Positions 40,601-49,967 of a stretch of 64,000 nt of DNA are shown here, one piece after another. The stretch comes from a virus (Duplodnaviria; Caudoviricetes): the IMG/VR virus record IMGVR_UViG_3300035501_000922, one strand, 5' to 3'. Under the pieces are notes generated by a model. The model worked only from the letters and a program-made list of their open reading frames with translations. It was not told where the DNA came from and searched no databases. The translations under genes were made by a program, and so were the position numbers. The number at the start of each line of letters is the position of its first letter. Within the stretch, counting starts at the first letter, position 1.

Positions 40601-43549
40601 TCTGAATCCTACTGTATTTTTAGTTTTGCTAGTACCGGTACCTGATGTAGTTGTTAATGATTGCCAAGTACCACTACTATCTTGCATAATTAATGATGAT
40701 TGCATTATACCATTAGTGCCTGCAGGAGCTTGGAAACTAGCCCATATGAGTCTATCAATTGTATTATCATCACCAGATTCTCTAAGACCATTGTTACAAC
40801 CATCGTATTCAGCATAACCGGAATAATTCGTAGAACCTGTACCACTTATTGCAGAGTAGAGCTGCAGTGTATCAGTCATAGATACAGTGCAGTTATTAGC
40901 CTCAATAATCTGTATTTTAAAAGTTCTTGGATAAGACGATGAAGTTGGATTTGTGGAGTTTCTTAAACCCACACCTAATGCGTGACCATATCCATTTGTA
41001 AAACCTGTGTTTGTTAATGTATACAATACATGATAGTACAAGGTTCTATATGACGTGCTATAATGTGCATTAGTACATTTATAAATGGTTCTTCCCGCTT
41101 GTGAGCCCCATAACTCAACTTCAAAATGACCATTGTAATTACCTTGGTCTGGTACATATGCGGTTATCTGATATTTAATATGCCATTCCTTATACCAATC
41201 ATCAGGAACTATAGATGCAAAATAAAATGTAGCACTAGCAAAGTTATTTGCAGATGCATAAATTCCTGTATAGGTTTTTTCTGCAATTATATGGTTATGG
41301 TCGTTTTTAGATGCACCAATATCATCTAAAGTAAAACTGATTCCAGTACCTGCTCCGCCTAGCGATTTAGAGGTATTGCCTATTGTAATTGTAGAAGGAA
41401 TCATATTTTTACAAACTGCTATCGACCCATCATCGGAACCACCGAGATAAACTTTACGTGCGTATGAGCCACCATCATAGTTTAAATATAGGTCACCAAT
41501 AGAATTACTGGTGGTAAGACCGTCGATGTGTCTTGTAAGTAGTCTGCTCTCAGCAGTACTACCATTATAAGATATGGTTACATAGTTTTTGAATGTCTTA
41601 TGACCTGATATATTCTGGTTAGAATGAATATAAACTAAATCTTCAGGAGCAGGTGTCCATTGTGTAGCTCTGGTTCCTTTCTCAACCTTTATGTCCTTAA
41701 TATATATTAACGGATTGCTTGAACTAGGTAAAAAATCTACAAACTGGTAACTAGTATTGTCGTAGTACTTAGTGGGTGTCCATGTTAATACGAAATAAGC
41801 GTATGTCGTAGTTAAATTGCATTTTAAATTAGTACCATCACATATATCAACGGTTAGAGTTGCTGTATCCGATCCTGTTTTGGCATAGAAACTAACAGTA
41901 TATGGAACCGCCTCTGTAATAATGTTATATAGTCTTAACTGGTCAGTGGCATTTGCTGCTATTTGAAAGCCATTTATGGTTAAATCTCTAGTCGCAGCAG
42001 CATTAGCATAATACTTGGTAGTTGTGCTATACAGATTTCGTCCACCAATTGTTAGCCCTTCAATTTTATCATTTAAGATTTTACCTTGATTTGCAGAAAG
42101 TGAATCTGTTGTGCTTGTGCTTGTAAGAACATCTTGTATACCTCTCCATGTATCAGTGAATTTTGCATTGGACGGAACAGATGCTTCTAGCGTATAAGTA
42201 CATGCTTTAGCAACACCACTTGAAATATAAACAGGGTTAGTTTCTGAACCGGCTGAACCTATTTTACCAGCCATGTATGCCCATAGTGAGCTCACGGGTC
42301 TTCTGTGGTATGTTGTAGTAGTCGTTCCACCACCAGCATACTGCGAAATGTAATAGTCAGCATCATTGGGTGTGGCAGTACCCGTTGTTAATGAATTTAT
42401 AAATGAAATAGCGGCAGCATTCAGTGATGTTTGACCAGTACCACCATATGCAGCACCGAGTGTTCCAACATCTACAACAGAAGAGCCATTATACGTTTTA
42501 CCGTTAATTGACAACGAATTAGAAACTTTAGTTGCAGTAGCAGCATTTCCGGTAATACTTATTCCCCATGTGCCATTTGCTCCAGTTCCTGTTTTGGTTA
42601 CAGTATAATCAGTGTAGTTGCCTGTATGAAGTGCCAAGTATGATGTCTGACTCCATGTAGAAGAGTCAGAATCATACGACGGTATAGCAATGTAGATACT
42701 ACCATTTCCAGCCTTGCTGCCTGAATCATATCCTGTAGATATATACGTGCTTCCTGTATGATGCGTACCAGCAGAATAAGATGCACCTATCCATAAATTA
42801 GTGCCATTGTCAATAATACCCGCATATAAAGCTCCAGTTTTATCGGTTAAGCAGTAACCTCTATTAGTGGTATTTATACCTAAACCACCAGTAATACTAT
42901 TTGAACCCGTCATAGGAATATAATTATGAGTATGTGATGTTGCAGCAGCGCCTATTTCAGCTAACGTCCATGATACATCAGCACTACCATCAAATGTTTT
43001 CCCTGTACTACCAATTGTTAACTTACGAGCGGTTTTTAATTTAGTAGCAGTATTTATATTACCAATTATATCATTTACAAATCTTGATGAACCTGTTACA
43101 ACTAAATCACCAACATTTTCGCTGTCTGCATATAATTCACTATTTATAGTTGTAATACCGGTTACTGTTCCTCCACTTAATGGAAGATAGTTGTTTAATG
43201 ACGTTTGCAAATCTGTTATATTACTAGTAGTAAGTGACGTCCATGTACCGTCACCTTTTAAAAACTTCGTATTACTACCTGCAGATGGAGCAGGAACAAG
43301 ACCGCTTGTTCCTGCTCCGCTACTTGTAGCTCCAGTCATTGTATTTATACTATTTTTAAAGGCAAGCGAGCCTAATTTATTTAATACGTCTTTTACTGTT
43401 GTTAAAGAAGATATATTACTATTAGTATTTCCAGTAAGTGTAACATCGCTACTTGTCGTTACTGGGAATACCGTAATTATTTTTTGATCACTACCGTTCA
43501 CTTCAATCTTTTTCAATTGGGCATGAACTTCTTGTGATGTTGTTGCCAT
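37670..43549 (-). CDS. Long tail fibre protein (1959 aa)
   Basis: GLVPAP, YLPLSGGT, TARxLTIG..FDGS repeats, SANQGKIL, CBM-like GRNL...KVEKGTRATQWTPAPED; late-type promoter at 43579-43590. Confidence 0.85.
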   Translation of the reverse strand: MATTSQEVHAQLKKIEVNGSDQKIITVFPVTTSSDVTLTGNTNSNISSLTTVKDVLNKLGSLAFKNSINTMTGATSSGAGTSGLVPAPSAGSNTKFLKGDGTWTSLTTSNITDLQTSLNNYLPLSGGTVTGITTINSELYADSENVGDLVVTGSSRFVNDIIGNINTATKLKTARKLTIGSTGKTFDGSADVSWTLAEIGAAATSHTHNYIPMTGSNSITGGLGINTTNRGYCLTDKTGALYAGIIDNGTNLWIGASYSAGTHHTGSTYISTGYDSGSKAGNGSIYIAIPSYDSDSSTWSQTSYLALHTGNYTDYTVTKTGTGANGTWGISITGNAATATKVSNSLSINGKTYNGSSVVDVGTLGAAYGGTGQTSLNAAAISFINSLTTGTATPNDADYYISQYAGGGTTTTTYHRRPVSSLWAYMAGKIGSAGSETNPVYISSGVAKACTYTLEASVPSNAKFTDTWRGIQDVLTSTSTTDSLSANQGKILNDKIEGLTIGGRNLYSTTTKYYANAAATRDLTINGFQIAANATDQLRLYNIITEAVPYTVSFYAKTGSDTATLTVDICDGTNLKCNLTTTYAYFVLTWTPTKYYDNTSYQFVDFLPSSSNPLIYIKDIKVEKGTRATQWTPAPEDLVYIHSNQNISGHKTFKNYVTISYNGSTAESRLLTRHIDGLTTSNSIGDLYLNYDGGSYARKVYLGGSDDGSIAVCKNMIPSTITIGNTSKSLGGAGTGISFTLDDIGASKNDHNHIIAEKTYTGIYASANNFASATFYFASIVPDDWYKEWHIKYQITAYVPDQGNYNGHFEVELWGSQAGRTIYKCTNAHYSTSYRTLYYHVLYTLTNTGFTNGYGHALGVGLRNSTNPTSSSYPRTFKIQIIEANNCTVSMTDTLQLYSAISGTGSTNYSGYAEYDGCNNGLRESGDDNTIDRLIWASFQAPAGTNGIMQSSLIMQDSSGTWQSLTTTSGTGTSKTKNTVGFRYDKVLFYSGGSNITSGNRTASSAIYSNLPIDFRYSSNCGTTLTAYSSVYLKGTIGTDGLFYLDDTWYTQTLPIEDDGYVYIYIGDSYNTYCIYLSTDKPTYWYKNGAIREYSDDGISLSSTQLSNWNTAYTHATSEHPYLLEKTISTATDFNTITTTGVYHIKFTSGTNQATTNHGTLYVDFTVGTPFQIWEPDNANISYKRTYATSTSTWGSWMKRLYSDTTYSAGTGLSLSSTTFSLATVTRTNNTSTVSPKASGTFNAIDTVTTDSYGRVTAVNLKTVTLPSDSDTVDGFHSLNNTFLYADYKTCNFTTTDNVYVKLTLSGSATYFTGMIRLFVKANYDNIAGTTFIDIYDRAQKLYIRSTSYNYNNLLGVYQPNASTQIFYLKLHGYRASTNSGGTLLSTQGTVTVYSTIGITSIEEVTSDSDDYATVSAYAYTEVLDYGISSGAMWGDIVPRGNNSKSLGSSSIKWKNVYSTTFTGALVGNADTATKLQTARTLTIGNTGKTFDGSSNVSWTFAEMGTDGRYVYDKSSVGSTNMNTVATFGNSIGMAQLNNTDITTPAYVNPNGQTDWHHFINMSFTVSSSNMWQTQIANKAGTTDLWIRSRKGGSVDNDTAWVAPWTRILTGTNWSNVITVSSLGAAASSHTHSYLPLSGGTMTGVLNLKGSMYTDARDGALNLNNSDIFGVNSILFSDNCDSAGEGLQWYRGSDTVDSMWDNNGTFYWTPNRTLGSTGTNYKVLDTNGILYSGNTKVSVEGHTHSYLPLSGGTLTGLLNANGGISIKGGTSSSNAFDSTNPKIQFMNANGDQGCQLVFTDYDAIQAPASLTLVGQAGEEAVYFIAPNIKATSYFYGNLSGTATNATKDSAGQQINTTYIKSISASGKTITVTKGDGTTSTATITESDTLETVTTRGNTTSKEIKSTNGTDSTSSTTGAITTSGGIGATGSISTGGKVNIADSVSLEYDSDEGCLNFIFA

Positions 43550-43653
43550 TATACTTACCTTCTTTCATATAAGATATTTAAATCATTGTTTTTTGTATAT
43601 ATTAATGCAAAACATAAAAGACAAGTCATGAAAAACATGACTTGTCTTTTTAT

Positions 43654-44520
43654 TTAAATATTAAATGAACTAAAGAAATCATCAACTTTGTGTTTAGTCT
43701 CAGGGCTGATATTAGCATAAATCATATTATCTTTATCTTTAATGATAGCATGTCTATGTGAATTATCAACACCAATTAATGACTCCATAGGTAAATCAAA
43801 TGATTCCATAATCATCTGTGTATTAACATCAGTCTTACCGATTGATTCAAGAATTTCTTTTAACGGAATCATAACTCCATTAATAGTTTCTTTTATATCA
43901 TTAACAGATTCAGTTACTGTCTTAATAGCTTTACTTACAGGTTTAATACTACTAATTGCATGAGCTTCTTTATGTGAAGGATACCATACAGCATCATATG
44001 TAATTAAGCGTCTTACAACAACAGTAGGTTTATTATTAATAAGCTTTAATGTTGCTATTGCTCTACAGCTAAATGACGGTTTCCATCCTGCTAAAATCTC
44101 TTTAGCAAAACCAATTCCAATATCTGTTTGAGCTGACTGAATCTTTCCTTGTAAAAGATTTCCAGTAAGTTTAGGGTTCATAATCTTAAATGTTCTTTTA
44201 ACAGGAGGAACATTCTGGATTCTTTCAGGACTAAGTTGTTCATCTTTTCTTTCAGGTGTGGGGTGGTCAAATTCACCAAACCAACAACCATCACGAAGTA
44301 AACATTGAATTTTTTCTTGCTGTATACATTCCCAGATGTTATCAGCTTTATACATTCTCTGGTTTCTGTTAATAACATCAAAAGACTGTAAGTTAGTATC
44401 AAACGTTACATAAAAAATCTTATTCTTATCGTAAACATCCATGTTACTAACAAGCTTGTCTCCTGTAACAGATTCTGATATATACATAAGACCAGCATCT
44501 TCATTAAGTTTTGTATTCAT
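43654..44520 (-). CDS. Prohead core protease (T4 gp21-like)
   Basis: NRNQRMY, GEFDHP (His), PSFSCRA (Ser), ITYDAV..PSH motifs; several xxE-S self-cleavage-like sites. Confidence 0.8.
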   Translation of the reverse strand: MNTKLNEDAGLMYISESVTGDKLVSNMDVYDKNKIFYVTFDTNLQSFDVINRNQRMYKADNIWECIQQEKIQCLLRDGCWFGEFDHPTPERKDEQLSPERIQNVPPVKRTFKIMNPKLTGNLLQGKIQSAQTDIGIGFAKEILAGWKPSFSCRAIATLKLINNKPTVVVRRLITYDAVWYPSHKEAHAISSIKPVSKAIKTVTESVNDIKETINGVMIPLKEILESIGKTDVNTQMIMESFDLPMESLIGVDNSHRHAIIKDKDNMIYANISPETKHKVDDFFSSFNI

Positions 44521-44537
44521 AAAATCACTACCTTTCT

Positions 44538-45323
44538 TTATAGTTTCAAAGCAATAAAACCATTATAGTAATATTGCTCAAGATTATATTCAAAAACACA
44601 ATCTGAATATGCATTCATTGGGATATTTGTTAAAGGTGTATAAAAAGCATACGGGCAATAATCATTATCACCCATTACAGGTACAGGTACTAACTCCATT
44701 TTTGAACCAACGATTGCAGAAAAATACTGTATATTCATATTATATAAACCCGTCGTTTTATTAGTAGTACACCGCAAATAATTTGTTGTAGTGGGTCCAC
44801 TGGCATATAAATTACGAGATGAACTATTATATGTAAATTCACTAGGTCGTATAATAGCGATGTTATCATTAATAGTCTTGGTTAAAATAATAGTAGATAC
44901 CGTCTTGTATGTTAAACCACAATCTGTGTAGTTAAATGTGAAACCGATACCATGGGTCGTTCTTATAATATCAGTAATGATACATTCACGTGCTGATGTA
45001 CCCGTATAACATAGATCAAGTCTGTTCGTATACCCTATTATTGCGTTGTTGAGTTCATGTATGACATAACCATTACCATCATATGACGCTGTATAAAGAA
45101 GATTACCATTAGCAGGTCTATAAACAAACCTAATTATTTCATTATTACCATTAAAGCAACGTAGATATAGTTTATCATCTGAAAATATTTTGTTATCTGT
45201 GGGCTCTTCAATTTTTATTTCCGTAAAATAATCCTGAGCATTTTCTTCCAACCACGCTTTTATTTCAGCAAACATGTTGTCATAACTGCTTAAGTTTTTA
45301 AGTTTATATCTCACAAGTCCCAT
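44538..45323 (-). CDS. Hypothetical protein, paralog of 45330-46163
   Basis: Shared RYK.KN N-terminus, TKT.N.NIA.I.PS and GD.DYCP..FYT...YY.NGFIAL. Confidence 0.6.
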   Translation of the reverse strand: MGLVRYKLKNLSSYDNMFAEIKAWLEENAQDYFTEIKIEEPTDNKIFSDDKLYLRCFNGNNEIIRFVYRPANGNLLYTASYDGNGYVIHELNNAIIGYTNRLDLCYTGTSARECIITDIIRTTHGIGFTFNYTDCGLTYKTVSTIILTKTINDNIAIIRPSEFTYNSSSRNLYASGPTTTNYLRCTTNKTTGLYNMNIQYFSAIVGSKMELVPVPVMGDNDYCPYAFYTPLTNIPMNAYSDCVFEYNLEQYYYNGFIALKL

Positions 45324-45329
45324 AAGTAT

Positions 45330-46163
45330 TTATTCACTTCCTATCTCTAATGCAATAAACCCATTAAAATAATAAAGTTTACCCTCAAAATTCATTATAC
45401 TATCAGCTCTACTATCAATTAAAGAAAATGGTGATGTTAATGTATAAAATACATGAGGACAATAATCATCATCACCACACACTAATACGGGTGCTAGAGA
45501 TGTCAACTCATGATATGTTGTACTCCACGTAATGCTAGTATCATAATAGGTTCCTCTACTTTTATTTGTTACAGCTTGAAGATAGTTTGTTTTGTTTTCG
45601 CCACCGGTTGTAGTACCGGTACCATTATATAAATAGTAGCTAGGCATGATAACCGCTATGTTATTATTATAAGTTTTTGTAATTGTTACACACCCATAAC
45701 TAAATACCGAAGGATATAAAGATTCACCTATGCAGAAAGATATACCATAGTCTGTTTTTATTATCTCAAAAATACGATTCATTATATAATGATTTGCATA
45801 CCAGCCACTATTTGGAAAACCGTTATTTTTATTATATGTATCGCTTGGAAGTTCTAAATATTTATCGTCATAAATATATCTATAAATATTTAAACCATGA
45901 CTTTTATTTTCTCCACCGTCATTTGTATAATTCGTGAATTTAAAAATATTTTTATTATCTTTTTTAAACACAACACTTACCGTATCTTTTATTGCAGTAC
46001 CATTTGATACAGCAGTATTATAATCGTCGTTATTATCATAATCGCAAACAAAATTGATTTCATCAAAATAATCTGTAGCTATCTCATCCATGACCTGTTT
46101 AACTTCAGCCAAATTTTCATACTGATAAGTTACATTCTTTATTTTATATCTTGTAAAATTCAT
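45330..46163 (-). CDS. Hypothetical protein, paralog of 44538-45323
   Basis: Same shared motifs. Confidence 0.6.
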   Translation of the reverse strand: MNFTRYKIKNVTYQYENLAEVKQVMDEIATDYFDEINFVCDYDNNDDYNTAVSNGTAIKDTVSVVFKKDNKNIFKFTNYTNDGGENKSHGLNIYRYIYDDKYLELPSDTYNKNNGFPNSGWYANHYIMNRIFEIIKTDYGISFCIGESLYPSVFSYGCVTITKTYNNNIAVIMPSYYLYNGTGTTTGGENKTNYLQAVTNKSRGTYYDTSITWSTTYHELTSLAPVLVCGDDDYCPHVFYTLTSPFSLIDSRADSIMNFEGKLYYFNGFIALEIGSE

Positions 46164-46175
46164 GTAATCACCTTC

Positions 46176-46898
46176 TTAAATATAATACATGGGTTGCATA
46201 TCAATATGATATGAATCATCCCATTTATTGATTAATTCATCTCTTGCTGATTCAGCATTTGCCCAATCATCAAGTTTAAGATTTATATTTCCTATTGCAG
46301 TATTTAATTCTGTATACATTTTTAATGTAGGATAAAGATTTGCTTTTACATCAAGTGATGCTAACTGCATAAATGATTCTCTTGCAGTTTCAGGTATTGA
46401 TGCTAATGATTTGTCATGCTCAAATCCTAATTCTAAAACTATTTTAGAACTGGAATAAAGATTATATAGATATAATTTCCTTGGTGGTTCATATTTAAAT
46501 GTCATCTTAGGCATCATCTGGTTAATCATATTAGCACCGGCATTAGCAAGTAATGTTTGGCTTATTATGTTTCCTGTCATAAGAGGCATACCACCACCGT
46601 AATATCCAAGTCCTGAAAGACAAGAGTCATCATACCTAACGTCAAATACGTACAGTAAATTCCTACTCTTAAATTCAGGAAGCAAATATACTTTATACTG
46701 TTCAGTCTTATCAATTCTTGTTAAATCATTTGTATTTAATGTAAGAAATTCTTTACATGGTTGATACAATGAAAAAACAGGAAGAGTAATATCTTTAATA
46801 ATAGTTTCCATAGTTTCATCAAGATTTTCAAATGGCGTTGATATTGCCATTAATCCTAATGATAACTTAATTCTTGTTATTACATTAGACATATTCAC
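46176..46898 (-). CDS. Putative neck/head-completion protein
   Basis: IKLSLG N-terminus and NINLKLDDWANAESARDEL C-terminus resemble myovirus neck proteins; late-type promoter. Confidence 0.45.
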   Translation of the reverse strand: MNMSNVITRIKLSLGLMAISTPFENLDETMETIIKDITLPVFSLYQPCKEFLTLNTNDLTRIDKTEQYKVYLLPEFKSRNLLYVFDVRYDDSCLSGLGYYGGGMPLMTGNIISQTLLANAGANMINQMMPKMTFKYEPPRKLYLYNLYSSSKIVLELGFEHDKSLASIPETARESFMQLASLDVKANLYPTLKMYTELNTAIGNINLKLDDWANAESARDELINKWDDSYHIDMQPMYYI

Positions 46899-46931
46899 GG
46901 ATAATCACCTCGGTTTAAGTTAAGATATATC

Positions 46932-46948
46932 TTAAAACATTGTTTTAA
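46932..46948. promoter_or_regulatory. Palindromic bidirectional late-type promoter TTAAAACATTGTTTTAA
   Basis: AACA-N6-TA on both strands (46936-46947 +, 46933-46944 -) between divergent genes. Confidence 0.65.
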
Positions 46949-46976
46949 CTACATAAAAAAGAGGGGTGACATATTA

Positions 46977-47402
46977 ATGTTATTTAAGAATAAGTATGTT
47001 GTTGCATACGAAAAGAAGATAAAAATTATAGTTGCTTCCAATATTACATATATTAAAAAGCGTTTAAATATATTTCCGAAGAATACATTAAGAAAACTAA
47101 ATAAAATGAAATTAGATAAAACCATAGAAGTTAGTGGTAAATCATATACAAGTGGTGAACTAACAAAACTGGTTTTATCTAAACAAAAAGAATTAACAAA
47201 AGAAACAAGTGTTTCTTCATACAGTGAAGTGTTAAAATCTTTTTCTAGAGAATGCAGTGGTAAGAATATGAATCAAGAGCAGTATAATGAAATATACGAA
47301 AAATATCAAGGTTTATTAAGAGATAGATTAAAGACAAATAAAGATGATTTATATTTTTGCTTAGATGCTTTAAAAGCAATAGAAAAAAGTTTTAAGGAAT
47401 AA
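46977..47402 (+). CDS. Hypothetical basic protein
   Basis: 141 aa ORF with RBS. Confidence 0.55.
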   Translation: MLFKNKYVVAYEKKIKIIVASNITYIKKRLNIFPKNTLRKLNKMKLDKTIEVSGKSYTSGELTKLVLSKQKELTKETSVSSYSEVLKSFSRECSGKNMNQEQYNEIYEKYQGLLRDRLKTNKDDLYFCLDALKAIEKSFKE

Positions 47403-47421
47403 AATAAGAGAGGTAATAATA

Positions 47422-47748
47422 ATGGATAATTCTATTATATATGACACATTATTAGAAAAATATTCAAGTAATGAACTTAATGAAAATGAGTTCATTGAAC
47501 TGGTAGAAGCAGTATCACGAAAATCCGGTAATAAATCTTCTAATAATAGTCAAGACATTGCTAAAGCTAGAAAATTCGTAAAAGACGTTATAGATATGGC
47601 TAAAGAAAGGAATTTAAACTGCTTTGTGGTTACAGACGGGGCATCTGGAATTACAAACAATGGTAATGAAGCGGTTCGTAATGCTAGAAAAGCACAAGAA
47701 GAATGGGAAAGAAAACATGGATTTGATCCCGATGAGGATTGGGGTTAA
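47422..47748 (+). CDS. Putative internal head protein with acidic leader module
   Basis: IYDTLLEKYSSNELNENEFIELVE-A leader shared with neighbouring genes. Confidence 0.5.
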   Translation: MDNSIIYDTLLEKYSSNELNENEFIELVEAVSRKSGNKSSNNSQDIAKARKFVKDVIDMAKERNLNCFVVTDGASGITNNGNEAVRNARKAQEEWERKHGFDPDEDWG

Positions 47749-47796
47749 ATAAAAGGAATTAGTATACGAATACTAATTCCTTTTATGTCTACAATT

Positions 47797-47868
47797 AAAA
47801 AACAAAAATATAAATTAATTATTATGAAAGAAGGTACTTATAATGGATATTGAAAATGAATTATATGA
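47797..47868 (+). repeat. Promoter+RBS+leader cassette, copy 1
   Basis: 72 bp identical to 51297-51368. Confidence 0.9.
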
Positions 47869-48550
47869 TTTATTAATTGATGCTATATGTGAAAAGTATA
47901 ATGATGGTATTATTAATGAACAAGATAGTATACTGTTGTTAGAAGGCGTAACAAATGTACTAAGAGCAGGGGTACTTGAAAATATTGACACGTTAGCAGA
48001 AGATAATAACGATTATAAACGTGAATATAAGAAAGCTATGGCTGAGTATAAAGAGAATATGAGATGTATTAAAAAATTAGTGCGAGAAAAGGATTTTAAA
48101 AATGCACGGTTACATTTAAAAAAGGCTCAAGATTCTCTTAAAAAAGCTAAGGGTATTATTACTGATATGGATAGCAGCATGACAGCTACTGCACTTTCAT
48201 GGATTACTCCATCACTTGAAGAAGCAATGAAAATATGTTTGACAGAGTTTACGGCTGTTATTATGTACGAGGTATCAGCACGTATGGTCGGATCTGCTGC
48301 GACTAAAAAAGAACATGATGAAAATGTTAAAGTGGCACGAGCTGTCGGTAAAACTTTATCACACTCTATATTATTTATACGAAAACTTAGAGTTACTTTA
48401 AAGAATCCTTCTGATAATGCTACAACCAATCTTAATGCAACTAGAGCAAGAATCTTATTAGAATTCGAAAAACTTGAAGACAAATTAGAAGACTATGAAG
48501 ATGTCATTGATGACAAAGAAGATAAATATAATACAACTAAAGTTGAATAA
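47843..48550 (+). CDS. Putative internal head protein (MDIENELY leader)
   Basis: Cassette leader; paralog of 48596-49405. Confidence 0.55.
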   Translation: MDIENELYDLLIDAICEKYNDGIINEQDSILLLEGVTNVLRAGVLENIDTLAEDNNDYKREYKKAMAEYKENMRCIKKLVREKDFKNARLHLKKAQDSLKKAKGIITDMDSSMTATALSWITPSLEEAMKICLTEFTAVIMYEVSARMVGSAATKKEHDENVKVARAVGKTLSHSILFIRKLRVTLKNPSDNATTNLNATRARILLEFEKLEDKLEDYEDVIDDKEDKYNTTKVE

Positions 48551-48595
48551 ATAAAATAAGAGTTACTATAATTATAGTAACTCTTATTTTATTTA

Positions 48596-49405
48596 TTAAA
48601 GATACTTGTCAGCGGCTCTTTCCATCAGCATAATTGCATCATTTGCAGAAATCTCATCATTAGAGAACTTCTCACAAATTGCGTCAACTAAAGCATCATA
48701 CATATATTCAGCAGATTCATTAGTACTCTGTCCCTGCTTTTTATTAAGCTTAAGTTCTTTTTTATTAATCTTCTTTTCAAAGCTAAGAAGATGCTTCTTA
48801 CATTGTTGTAAGGAAAGGACGATTCTTGCACGAGCAGGGTTTAATGCTTTGGCAGGATCAAGACTAGGATCGTATGCTTTATAAATACTAACTGCATTAT
48901 TAAATGTGGTAGTAAATGCAACAGACGCCTGCGCCACCATCGTTTCCTGTTTACTTTTTTTTACAGTATCAGAACTTACTTTTCCTGCAATGTTTCCAAT
49001 CCCAAGTAATGTATTCAATGTGCCCATTGTTAATGTTATGGCAATATAACCCTGGGTATAATCGATCATCCAGCTCATGCAGGTATCTAATGCTGAAGAG
49101 TCAATGCTATTAATGAGCTTTATACCATCATTAATTTTATCAGTCGCTTTAGAAAGTTCCGTGCGTGCTTTGTCAAATTCACCTGACTTAATACTAGCCT
49201 TAAGCTGAGTTACTATCGTCTTATAATCAGAAACTATCTTCTTATATTCAGCCTTATACTTATCAGAAACCGCTTTTGATTTCTTTAAGGAATCATCAGG
49301 ATCTACAATACTGTCTGATTCCAGCATCAAATCCATACAAGATTCAATAAATTCAGCATCATCCGAATCATTAATTAATTCGAGAAAATCATTATAATCA
49401 TTCAT
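48596..49405 (-). CDS. Putative internal head protein with the leader-like module at its C-terminus
   Basis: Core similar to 47843-48550; FIE-S/MLE-S/TNE-S sites; C-terminal YDALVDAICEKF; late-type promoter at 49443-49454. Confidence 0.55.
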   Translation of the reverse strand: MNDYNDFLELINDSDDAEFIESCMDLMLESDSIVDPDDSLKKSKAVSDKYKAEYKKIVSDYKTIVTQLKASIKSGEFDKARTELSKATDKINDGIKLINSIDSSALDTCMSWMIDYTQGYIAITLTMGTLNTLLGIGNIAGKVSSDTVKKSKQETMVAQASVAFTTTFNNAVSIYKAYDPSLDPAKALNPARARIVLSLQQCKKHLLSFEKKINKKELKLNKKQGQSTNESAEYMYDALVDAICEKFSNDEISANDAIMLMERAADKYL

Positions 49406-49457
49406 TAATAAAACCTTCTTTCATAAAAATAAAAAATTTTTTTATTTTATTGTTGGT

Positions 49458-49938
49458 TTACGGATATCTTAATTTTTTTAGCAGTTCATTGGTTTCATCA
49501 TTGTACTTTCTTAGGTCATCCATAGTCAAACCATTATTATCATTTTTTCCATTTATGATTCTATTATTGGCAAGTATATCAGATCTACACTTGTATATGT
49601 CTCCTTTTATTTTTATTGCTTCAAGAAATTCATCAGTATTAATAATATCTTTATCTAAATACGGCTGTAAATCTTTAGCTAGCTTTTTCATTTCTTCTTT
49701 CTTCTTTTCATTGTCTTCAGAAGCTTTCTTTTTTCGAATATCACCAACACCTTTTAGAATAACTGTAGCAGCTATTGTTGCTGAAGCTATAATCAAAATC
49801 ATTTTTATCTTTTTCTTTCTTTTATCACTCTCTTTTTTTATTTTTTTTTTGTTCTTCTTCCTGCTTCTTCTTTTGTGCATCATCAGTGGCAATATCTGTT
49901 TCACACATTAATTCATATAATTCATTTTCAATATTCAT
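49458..49938 (-). pseudogene. Leader-cassette gene (MNIENELYELM) frameshifted at an A10 tract
   Basis: AAGGAGG RBS and ATG 49938; frame closes after 37 codons; A9 instead of A10 at 49841-49850 would join the downstream frame. Confidence 0.65.
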
Positions 49939-49967
49939 TAGTAAAACCTCCTTAAATATAAATCGAT

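Noticed and set aside
27523-43549. Diversity-generating retroelement or shufflon in the fibre block
   Set aside because: No reverse transcriptase or invertase in the window; repeats are direct, inside coding regions, and differences are not adenine-specific.
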